From Tubulanus polymorphus (taxonomy: Eukaryota; Animalia; Nemertea), in the NCBI RefSeq assembly GCF_964204645.1, contig NC_134027.1:6046485-6110484 (forward strand): 64,000 nt of DNA, given 5' to 3'. The notes under the pieces are model-generated. The model saw only the letters and a list, made by a program, of their open reading frames with translations. It searched no databases and was not told where the DNA came from. Within the stretch, counting starts at the first letter, position 1, and each line of letters opens with the position of its first letter. Below are positions 23,922-35,100 of this stretch, piece after piece. A program made the translations under genes and the position numbers.

Positions 23922-25297
23922 CATTCTCAAAAAATGACTGACAATGAGTGGTGGTTCATGCTTCAATTATCAAACTTAGAAAAAGAACAGCATAATATAG
24001 TACCAGTAACGTAAAAATAGCAATATGATATACATACAATATATAGAACATCTTAAGAGATGTATACATCAAAAATCCATACTTAAAATATAAAGAATAA
24101 TACCAAAAATTCTATCAGACTAATGGATTGTCCATTATGAATTTTTGTTACGAAAGAATAGACCTAACAACTGAACAGCAAAACTTCCATGGATTTTTCG
24201 TTTTAAACAGGTATTTACTGATCTTTAAGAGGGAAATGAATTACCCAGTATGCAAACTTGGACGGCTTGCAATAACGCGTCATGGCATATTGCTATGTTT
24301 ATTGCAAAGCGAAGCTCATATGTTCAGTCAGCTCTAAGTCATTTGAATGAATTCAAGAAATGTATAGGTAAAATATTTAGGCGCATACCTTCTAATAAAG
24401 CACATTTTCATCACACAACTTATAATATCATATAGTCACAAAAAATAATAATATTATTCTATGCTGATATACCATAGTTAACACATAGTATAAGCAATAT
24501 TATATCATTTTGATTGTAAATATCATGAACATACTTCTAATTCTAAGACCTATACATTTTGTAAGTACAGTAGACCCACAAGTCGGATCTGATCAACTTG
24601 TATGTTTTTTTATATAATTTTTGTGAAACTATATATAATATCCAACTCAGATATCGCTCAAGTTGGACACATCTTTACAGTCTCAATAGATCCAACTTGA
24701 GTGAAGTCTACTGTACAATGTTTCATTTCAGGCAATGTTCCAACCCCCAAGCCCGCATTCAAAATCAGAATTACATCTCAATTTGAACTGTTTAAATGAG
24801 ATCAGAACAGCTAAAGTATAGGAACAAAACCAAAAACCCTTAGATAAGTAATATCCTGTGAAATCGAAAGAAGTTTGGACGGACTTGAAAACTACAGAAA
24901 TGTGTGAATTATCTGACAGAGATCTGCGAATGACAAAAATAAGGCAGACCTAGATAAGATCCGTAGCCTCTCCAAAACAAGACATGCATATTCTAAAACA
25001 AATTTCACAAGCCAATATTATGGTAGTCAAGCAACAAATCTTTGACATGTTCAGTGGTTGACATAGTTTATCTTTATTCAAAAGAAATGAATCCCTAAAA
25101 GCAAGAATCATCACATTGACCATAATTCATGAAATCTGAGAGCTGTATGATGAATTTCTGAAAATTAAAACCATATGTCATTTACAAGGATACAGGTACA
25201 TAAAATACCAGGTCCATAAAATTTCATCATTTTATGAAATGAATGAGCGATCGGTGTTCAAATTATTTGCGATGTTTACTCAGATCTTCTGATTTGT

Positions 25298-28200
25298 TTA
25301 AACAGATGCTTCCTCGTCCATCAGAGGCTTTTTATCTTCAGTGCTTGATGTTGGTCTGTCAGTTTTTCCATTCAGAGATGTGGTTTTTGTGTTGGATAAA
25401 CTCAGCCTGAGTAAAGAAATGGTTCATTTGTTGAATACCGGGGTAACAGTTCAATGAAATACATGTAGAATCTTAAATCTCTAGAGGCTAACCTGTACAG
25501 CCAGTGCTGTGCCACAAATGCGACGAAGAGAAAAGCTACACAACACTCGAATATCACAGTCATTTTCAAATTCTGCAACAAAAACATCTCATATTACACT
25601 AAATGTCCAGGATAATATTTTTGGATACTTGCACGTAAATTGAACATTAGTCGAAATAGACATATGGCGGTAATAATTTGCTTGAACATACCTGAGTAAG
25701 TATAATTACTACAATTAGATTCAAGGGAATTCTGAAGAAGTTCATAATAGTTGCCCTTGCTGAAATTCAAATGAAGTAAAATAGTCACTATTTAGAAATC
25801 AATTTCATGTTTAACAATGCCCAAAGTTAATCGATTAGAGAAGAGTAGTTTTGGACAAGAGATGAAATGAAGTTGTCTTTATGGACTTTTGGTATGAAAT
25901 TTCGATCATCAAGAAAACTTACTAGCTTCAGGGACGTATTTGCCTCTCATAGTGCTCAGTGACGGCCAGAATAAACCAACGCACACCTCAAATACCAGGA
26001 ATCCGATAAAGATAACGAGCTGATTCTAAAAAAATAATACAAATACCAGTTATATAACTAAAAATCTGAAACAAATTTCTAAGACTTCTTAACCACTTAA
26101 CACAAACTGATTGGCAATCAAAACAGGACTACTAGCCTAGAGTAACAGGTACCTCAAAATTTCTCATTTTCAAAATACATGTATTCACAATATACTGTGT
26201 ACAGTGTTCGAATGAAAAACAAACCAACAACATCAAAAAATACAAATCCACAAAAGTTTCGGGCAGAATTAAGATGATAGCTTAATTTACGCTGTTATTT
26301 CTTGATATACATATAGTGGGTTAGTCATTTCTACACAGGATACAGACTGCGATGTTTGCATCAAACTAAAACTTTGTTTAGCTTGCAACAAATTTGTTGT
26401 TATATGGGCACAGATATCAATGTACATAGTGGTACAATCTCAAATTGTAGCAGCTGCAACTAACGAAAAAATACTGAATGCATATGCGTAAGACGACTGC
26501 TATGAACAAAATTACCAAACTCCCATTCATAAGAATCATCGGTTCTATTATGAACCCACTATGGTATTAGGACAATCGCTCCCATCATCCAATGAAAAAC
26601 CACAACAGTGACAGCCAAGCACTTTTAATGACAACAAAGGAGTTTTACTGAGCAGAAATTCATATGCTGAGTACCAATATATTATTTCTTTTATACAGAT
26701 GCCGATAACATAGATCGATATAGATCTATAAAACATAGAACTCCATCTCATACAATATAATATTTTTGCTACAAGAAATGACCTTATATAATTTCTCACT
26801 CATCAACAGAATAATTAGCTAATGTTAGCGTGCTAGTTTACTTTGACTTATTCATTGGAATTAGTTTAAGTGTTACCGGTACTAGCAGATATCAAAGTAA
26901 TCCAAATATCTTAAAACATAAAATCAGTACTAGAGTAATTAGCTGCACTAACCAATTATTTCATTGGAATTGGTAGTTAGTATTTAGGGGCATTACTTTA
27001 ACACTGTATAAGAATTTCGCAGTAAAATTGTCCTTGGTTGTCATTGTTGTTGGGGCATCGGGGCAGTTTTCTTTGGGGCAATTGCCCTATATTCGAACTG
27101 ACAAATAATGAAGTCAGGATTGATATTAATATTTTCACTTTCACAGTTTCTGAGCGTTGGAATCTTGAAGCCCCCAAGTGGAATTCTACAGTGTTTTATG
27201 ATGAAAATGAATCTTACCCCTGGAAATATGATCGGCATCAATAACGACACTGACGACAGAAGCAAAACTGGCCTGAAATTACAATATAAACTCAACAATA
27301 ATTCAATGCCGTTAAACAGAATGATTCTTTTTCAGTTTTTACTACCAATGTGGCAATAGAAAAGTAATATTTTGACCCACCTCATGAAAGACTCGACACT
27401 GGTGCATCTTGAAAATAGCTTAAACAGCGATGATCCAATCATAATTGCGACCTGCACAAGAAATAATTTCAAAATTTTGAATCATATCGATATTACCGAT
27501 TGTTATTAGCTATAGTTATGGCCAATGGTTTACAAAACTGGGCAATCAACTAACCATAAATCCAGCGAATACATATCCATGAGGTATGGTGCCAATATGG
27601 CCATCCTCTTTCGATAACAAAGCTCTCGTTGTTTTGACTTTATCTGTATGTGGAGTCAAAGCGGGTGTCCACTCAAGCACGAATGTGTACATCGAACCCT
27701 CAAATAATGATTGAATTAGTCCGAGACACAAAATCTTAGGATCTGAAGTCAAAAGAAATCGCATTTAGACAATGACGGAGAATAATTTTGTTGTAGTATC
27801 TATTGGTAATTGTTGAATTCATTACCTGTTCTGATTGATTGTGCGGCAGTTTTGAAACTATCTAGCACGTTACTCTTAGTGTCTCCGTAATTTTCTGACC
27901 AAGTGAATAAAACTACTATGCACAATATGGTCAGAATACACAAAGCGACATCAAATGGAGCACTGAAAATAAAAGAAAAAGATAAATGACCAGATTTAAA
28001 ATTGGCGGTGAAACAGATAAGGTTCTATGGTTTGAACACCACAAATGGAATTGATTAACTGACTTACACGAAACCAAAGTGATCGGCAAAGTTCTGAGCG
28101 ACTACTCCTGCAGTCACAGCGACTAGTGAATTACCAAGAACGGCATGTGAGAAAACAGTTCCCAACAAGTCCGAATCATATCCACGCTGAAAAAATACAC

Positions 28201-30833
28201 CGACAACAATTTATTAAACTGCTTCAATTATCGAAATTTGCACACAAATATTATTATCATTAATTATTAGCGGTGATGAAAATATGCATCAATTTTCACT
28301 ACAAATACTTCCAGTACTTTCACTATAATAAAGCCAAGTTGATCAACATACCTTGTTATGTTCGAAGATAAGCCATGATTCAAATGCGCTGTAGAGAATG
28401 GAAGTCGCTGTACCCCCTAAAAATCTTCCAAGCAGCAATATATAGAAATTGTTGAAATGCTGAAAAATATCAAAATGAGATCTTACAAATAAACTTCAAT
28501 AATTGAAAATCTTACAAATAAACTTCAATAATTAAAAATTCTAAAACTTTAAAAAGGTTTCAAAAAGGTTTAAAGATTATTTGTTAATATGTTTACTTGA
28601 TCTTAAGCCAGGTTGAAAACATGACCAGTCAGAGACAAGATAATAAAGTTGACAAAGGAAAATTGTAATGACAAAAAGAGAGCTTTACCTAAATCAAACT
28701 TAAAACTATTGATCCCTCGATACAATGTTCTTACCTTTGTAGTACATGATAGACCATACAACACTCCGTACAAGAAACAATTAGCCCGTCTTCCACTAAA
28801 ATAGTTCAAGGTAATTAGAGGTTACAGTAGATTGACACACAGCACACATGTGGATGGTAGCACAGATGTACATGGATCCAATTCCTAACGGAAAGAAGCC
28901 CGTCGAATTAGAAATAAAAAAAAAAACACATAAAACAACAGAAACTTAGGTGGTTGAATGGGAGAGTTGAAAATGGTAGGCTACAATCTGTGTAAAAAAA
29001 TCATTCTCATCACTGGTTCATTGTAGAGCCCTTCTCCGACAGTTTTGTTTGTGCACGTGTAATGAAGTTCAGGAGAAAAACTGATGTACCGGTAGCCTAA
29101 ACAATGGAGTTGGTCAAACAGGAGTGGAGAAATTTGTTGAATGAGAAGATCATCAGTCACCAGACTAAAATACATACTGGGTAGCCTACCTGACAAGGAA
29201 CAGTTCCAGAGTCGAGACCTAAAAAAATAGGCTCAAGCCCAGTATCAAGGATACCAGGATTTAGGATACCTATTTTTTGTCTGTACTCTGGTACTGGGCC
29301 TTGAACTGATGTCAAATAATCACTGCAGTTGCATTCATTTAAAAAGACCCCATCTATCAAGTCAGTATAACGGCAAGTTTAGTTTCTTGATGAAATGATA
29401 TTCAAGCCATATATATAGGCATTTACGTTTAAAATTATTCTTACTCGATTGCTTCATATCTACAAATGATGTACTTACTATTTGTCAGCGATTGAACCAA
29501 CGAATGTTCCAAACAACATACTGGAACCAAATCCAGCTACGAACAACACTTCAATGTTATGGACCGTCATTCCATAGTGCTCATATAGCGCATAGACGTA
29601 AGGACCTTGCAACCAATCTCCGGCTATAAGAGTTGATAGAAGAAAAACATAACAAAGTTCAATCTTCAGATTGTTTAAGACTTATTCAACAATATGGGGA
29701 AGTGGACGTTATGCAGACGCTGTATCATTTTTATATCAATAAACCAAATCCAGCAGAGTTCGCTTAATTCAGATTTTCACTTGATTCAGATGAAATATAT
29801 GGTCGCCTTAACCTGGAACCATGTAAACTTTTATTCATAATTCGGATTTTACTTCAGAGAAATCTGGGGCAGTCCCTATTCATTTGAATTAAGTGAGTGT
29901 TCTACAATACTGTAGTAAAATACCAAAACATTGGTGGTAAGCTTTTAAAATCAGACAGGTCTATACAAACATTAAGAATGATAAGGGCATTAACCTAATA
30001 ACACGGTTGAACAAGTTGGTATGAAATATAGCGTCAACATTAATTAGTTAAAGTTATTCAGATTTTTGACACCAGCCACAGGGACTTGACACAAAAGGAT
30101 TTTGACCCCAGTATCCTAGGTACTATATATAAAAAAAGACATATTTTTTATATCGAAGTGGCTACTCGTACGGACCCGTACGAATAATTCCGTAGGCTAT
30201 TCGTACGGATTACTCTGGAATGTTCGTATGGGAAGGGATAGGGTTAGGGTAAGGTGAGGCTATATGTAGTTAAAACATTCGGTCGACTGTCAGCGAGCTC
30301 GGTGGTCTAGTGGTATGATGATGCGCTAGTAATTTACTGGCCCGGGTTCGGGTCTCGCTCGATCCACTCCATTTTTCTCTAACTCTATTCTCCACACTTT
30401 CCTTGAATTTTCTAAGTCGCGCACCTCTGTACGCATGCACGGTGTTAATCAGCCAATCAGCGACAGTTATTAGCGTACAGATCCTAGTTCCGTACGAATA
30501 GCCTTAAGAGAAATCCGTACGGGTCCGTACGAGTAGCCACAACGTTTTTATATATAGTACCTAGGATGCTGGGATCAAAATCCTTTTGTGTCAAGTCCCT
30601 GTGACACCAGCGAAAAGTATTTGTGGCTTAAAATGGGGTCACAAAATAAACTTTTTCCCGGTTAAAATGTTGGCGAATTACTTACCCATAGCGAGCAGGT
30701 ACACTACGAGATAGGTCATCTGAAATTTCCTGAAAGCTGGATCATTGCTCGATTTTACCGTCGACTTCGTGTAGAAAAACAACCCGACACACACTACGAG
30801 TAGAATCCAGAACGCCGCAATGAAGATATTCAT
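25298..30833 (-). CDS. MFSD5: Molybdate-anion transporter (MOT2 family, MFS), 13 coding exons
   Basis: Exons approx. 30833-30686, 29623-29479, 28795-28735, 28459-28352, 28187-28069, 27962-27826, 27742-27555, 27451-27381, 27272-27218, 26025-25923, 25759-25692, 25572-25493, 25406-25298. Motifs FQMTYLVVYLLAMAGDWLQGPYVYALY, GRFLGGTATSILYSAFESW, WSENYGD, QSLFEGSMYTFVLEWTPAL, FEVCVGLFWPS and RATIMNFFRIPLN. Confidence 0.96.
28481..28538. repeat. 29-nt tandem duplication in a MFSD5 intron
   Basis: tcttacaaataaacttcaataatt(g/a)aaaa occurs twice. Confidence 0.8.
29201..29296. mobile_element. Small fold-back (MITE-like) element in MFSD5 intron 2
   Basis: Imperfect ~30-bp inverted repeat cagttccagagt..agac..aaaaaatagg / cctatttttt.gtct..actctggtactg. 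No clear target-site duplication. Confidence 0.45.
30158..30540. mobile_element. Inner inverted-repeat element nested in the MITE
   Basis: ~52-bp imperfect IRs GTGGCTACTCGTACGGACCCGTACG..GGCTATTCGTACGGA / TCCGTACGAATAGCC..CGTACGGGTCCGTACGAGTAGCCAC built from CGTACG repeats. Possible 2-bp AA duplication. Confidence 0.75.
30295..30376 (+). pseudogene. tRNA-derived (tRNA-Pro-like) Pol III cassette inside the nested element
   Basis: GAGCTCGGTGGTCTAGTGGTATGAT...CCCGGGTTCGGGTCTCGCTCGATCC contains an A box (TGGTCTAGTGG) and a degenerate B box (GGTTCGGGTC), followed by TTTTT at 30372-30376. The anticodon stem does not pair, so this is not a functional tRNA. Confidence 0.7.
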
Positions 30834-32175
30834 GATGATGTTGATCGGTATCTCAGAGCAGACTCGACTGAAGATGAACGACGACGAGTAGAACTGTAAA
30901 AAGGGAATCGAACACGTTAAAACATGAATATTTTACGCACGGTCGAGTACTGGGACGAGTAAACGTTGACAGCTCTGGAAATGGTGAATGTTTACAGTCA
31001 CACTGTAGACTGCGCGCTCGAGCGTGTTGTATCCGAGGCCGCACCTGCACAATTCAATTTAAATTTATTGCTCCTTACGTGAGAGGCCTAACACATCGGA
31101 TTAAGACAAAAATTGCAATAAAGATATAGCACAGAGCACACTATAGAGAGATTAAAAAAAACTATTCAAAATAATTATGTCTTTGCCCGAAATATTCAAT
31201 TTAATTCTTGAAAAAAAGTTAATTCATCAAAAAACAAAGCACGCAGTTTCTATGGGAAGACTGAAAACTTAATTGAGAAATTTGAGCATGAGGATTATAT
31301 ATAACACATAATTAGAATACACAGATTCCTGCTCAAGAATTTCAACAGATTAGATTACTCGTTAATGTTTTATCGCTGCACAGGAATATATTTCATCTAG
31401 ATCCTAAATCAGGAATATCTGCATTATCCCTGGTTACTGTAATTAATACAAGGATTGTTCTTCATCGACGTAATTAAGAAAATAAATGTCGAAATACAAA
31501 TATGCATAACAGGGGAGAACGAGGAGAACGATGTTGTATCTTCAGTTATAGTGAAGTTCTTAAAGTTAGCTTATCGCGGGAATTTCCCTCCCGGCTCAAG
31601 TCTCGGGACAAACTCACTTCCCCAACAATGATGATTGGGTGAAAGCCTATTGTAAAATCTATCAATAGGTGATAGCAATAGATAACAGTTGATAGATCTA
31701 TCAACTGATAGCCCATTGACGATTCAAGATGCGAGCATCGCCTGCAATGAACCTCAGTCACACCCTAAGTCGAATCAAACTTCTTACCGTTAATCAAGGG
31801 GAATCTCGGGTCATTTTTTGCAAGTTTCATATTATCATTATATTGTGTTATATACATACATATCTAAAAAAAGAATATATATACCCATTGGCAAGGAAGT
31901 TTATTATGGCATATGCAAGCCACATTTTTCTCTCACATGAGTTCACCGGCCGGCTAGTGCAACCAAAACGTTTCCGACGCAATCATCTCCTCGCTCCGTG
32001 AGACGTGGTGGTGCTGCTGCTGCTAGTGGCGTATGATTCATATACACAATATTACCAATCGGTAAGGTTTCTACTAGCAGAACAAACAAGAAAATGCCAA
32101 GGAAAACTACCACATAATAGAAGGAGCCGAGTTACGAAGAGCGGTAGCAAATCTGCAATGAACTAGCAAGGAATA

Positions 32176-35100
32176 ATGGCCTACCGAAAATATTCCCGGG
32201 ATTACAATTATGTGAGTATTATTTCAATCTATCTCGAATTAGTTGAAATATGTATAAAAGTCTTTTTAAGTTTTCCGGAAAATGAAGCTAGTTATTGAAA
32301 TGCTTTCATATTCTGAAATGATTAAAAAAATCTAGGCGAAAAAAGTATTTTCAATGTTTGTAATTAGTGTCTTGTCATTGTTTTTTGGTCTGCATGAAAA
32401 TCTGGTTTCAAACGATCGTAATTACACGCAATGATTAATTCACAGTAATTTGATAGAGCGTAATAATCGCTGTTATTGGCGTAACTCAATTTCACCAACT
32501 AAATTAATTCAACATGATGCAAACACGTGTGAGCTGTTTTATTTATAACCATTATTACGTCAGCAAACAAATTTCTTCATTTTCTAAACCACTTGTTACT
32601 CGTATTCAATGATAAAACAACGTTTGCCGCGTCAAATTCCTGTCGATATTGTTGACCAGATATTCTCTGATTTCGTTTGGCAATTAAATTAAGATATTAT
32701 TGATATAAGTCTACATCAGTTAGGTTACCGGTACATTAAAAATATTTTTTGATAAGTGGAGAGACAAGCGCTCGGTTGGGATAAAGATGAGTAGCATTTG
32801 TTCCTCGTTTCGTGTGAAATAACAAGGGAACTTTTGATACACAATGTAGCAATTGTTTTGAGAAAATATGTGCATCGTTTATTCCGTTATCGTTACGATT
32901 TCATCGGATGCAGCGGAATATTTATGCAACGCCTACGCGTGTGTATGTTCTCGCTCTGAATAAAAACAAGTACGGAAGCGAAAGGCAGAGTGCAGAGTCA
33001 TGGCGGTGCCCCGTGAGAAATAAATCTTATTTCATCAATTCGCTGCAAGTAAATGAAACAGTGATCGAAACTTTTCATGACCATTAGGTTCCCCATCAAT
33101 TTTTTTTTAAAATAGGATATCACTGAAGGGACATTTTTGATGACCGGTTATTTTGGCGAACAGATAAAAATAAAACAGGCCAATGAAGAATAGTATCTTG
33201 GCAAACAGCATGGCTTGATCTCAACATATTCTCCTTCACTTCACGCAACCACTGAGTTTAGAAAACAAATACAGAACCGGCGCGAACCTTGAAATTTGAA
33301 TCATTTGGTTTAAACTTAACAAGTTACAGATATACATCATCCACACGTTTCGACGTCTTTAATTTATACGGAAGATCTTCAATATACCTCTCCCCACACA
33401 ACTGAACAAATACTTGCAGATAAGCTCGGGTCTTATCTTCGAGGGTTCGCGGATAGGTATTATTCAAGTGTTCAGTTCCGCATCCGATGAGACGTTTTCT
33501 ATCCTTATGTAATATTTGATGCTTTGTCGGCAACCCCTGAAAACTTTTCGTTTTGATGTGTCGATGAATGCCCTTTCGCTTAAAATTCGTTTTCTTACTA
33601 TCGAGAAAGTGACAGCACAGGAGTTGCTCTAAATTTGTGAACGATCCCAAACCATGGTAAGTCGGCTTTTCGGTTACACAGAAAGGAGGGTATAGATAAA
33701 AAAAATTACAAGATGTGAAATAAGTTTTGATGATAAAAACTAACATGTTTATACTTGTTTTCTTTGAATCTTTGTTTCTTTGTTATTTGAAGAAACAATC
33801 ATTTAAGAATTATAATTTGCGCGCATTGTATGAACAGTATCAATATACCCATCCAACATTATTGCTTTGTTCATAGTTGTACTGCATCGTACTGTTTTTC
33901 AATTGTTTATGTATTAATTAGAAGATGGGATCAATCTCTCAATCTGTCACGACTCGTATTTTTCTGATTGTCCAATATTGTTCAAACCTGCTCAAACTAT
34001 TGTCTATAAACAACTTGCCGTGTCTCGTAACCCAAAATCCTTTGTTCGTCCTGCATTTAGATAGTTATTCTCATATATAAAATAGAATATTTATATGTAT
34101 TGGCTTTAAAATGACACTTCAAAATTCAAACTAAAGTCACTTTAAAATTGCTAAAAATACATTAACTATAACCCTGCCGCTAATCAACAAATCCTAGGTT
34201 TAGTCTTATATCATTTGTGATGATTCCGGGGCATGGGATCGAAATAATGATTAGGTAACGATGCAACGAACTAGAATCGAGATGTGAGCTGGTTTATATG
34301 ATTTTAACGCGCAGATGCAAATCTCATTCCAATGTTTAATGGCAACAAAACTAAGTAAAACAATTTCTCCACCGCGTGTTTCCTTTGAAGTACGAGAATA
34401 GTTCATTGTGACTATACCAAAAACAAAAACATATTCACAAAAACCGAAATGATTCACCCAATTCCGCGCTGTGTGGGATTTAAGAGGGTGGAAATATTTT
34501 ATACATTATTCGTCAGATCTTTTCCGAGAGAATTGAATGTTTTGAAAGTCTAGAAAACACTAAACTGACTTTAGCGTTAGCGTGTAGGCATGTATATACA
34601 GAGTTATACTCATAGAGGATCTATTCTGGGCATACCTTGGTAAACGTATCCCATTGCATCTTGCTTCTTCGCATCTTCAACACAGTTCCTACCTCCGCGT
34701 ACTGTGTTGTAGGATATTGCATCTATATACCCCTGAGTTGATGCATTCTTAATTGCGGAAATCCATAACGAATAGCCAGTTTACATAGAGCTACCTCAAG
34801 TGAAGCTAATAACCCGTACACCTACGTTCCAAGAACACTTTTTGAACTGTTCTATGAATAAAGTTATCAATTGATTCGGTACGAGAAAACCAACATGCTG
34901 TAGTATATTGGACCAAATTACAAAATAGAAAGAAAAGAAAGAAAAACTACACGGTAAACATGGTAAAATGACTTGGGTTTCTTCAAACTATGGAGGAAGT
35001 ATCACAGCAAAATAATCATGAAAAATTATGAATGTCCAATAATTTCATTCTTCATCTTCCAGATGCCTAGTGCTGCTAAAGGCTATAGTGCTGTAAGTAT

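Larger units (their letters stand above)
30077..30603. mobile_element. Non-autonomous TIR transposon (P-element/hAT-like MITE) with 8-bp TSD, containing a nested inverted-repeat element
   Basis: ~58-bp near-perfect TIRs CACAGGGACTTGACACAAAAGGATTTTGA...TATATATAAAAA and a perfect 8-bp TSD ACACCAGC at 30069-30076 and 30604-30611. The 5'-CANRG terminus is typical of the P superfamily. Confidence 0.88.

Noticed and set aside
30235-30254. Interstitial telomere
   Set aside because: Only one exact TTAGGG unit; it is an internal motif of the mobile element.
30295-30366. Functional tRNA gene
   Set aside because: The anticodon stem cannot pair, the B box/T loop is degenerate, and it sits inside a transposon.
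33324-33746. 140-aa minus-strand ORF in the first long FHOD intron
   Set aside because: No recognisable domain or splice structure; likely a chance ORF.
34673-34715. Hairpin atcttcaacacagt/actgtgttgtaggat as a pre-miRNA
   Set aside because: The ~14-bp stem is too short for a Drosha substrate.
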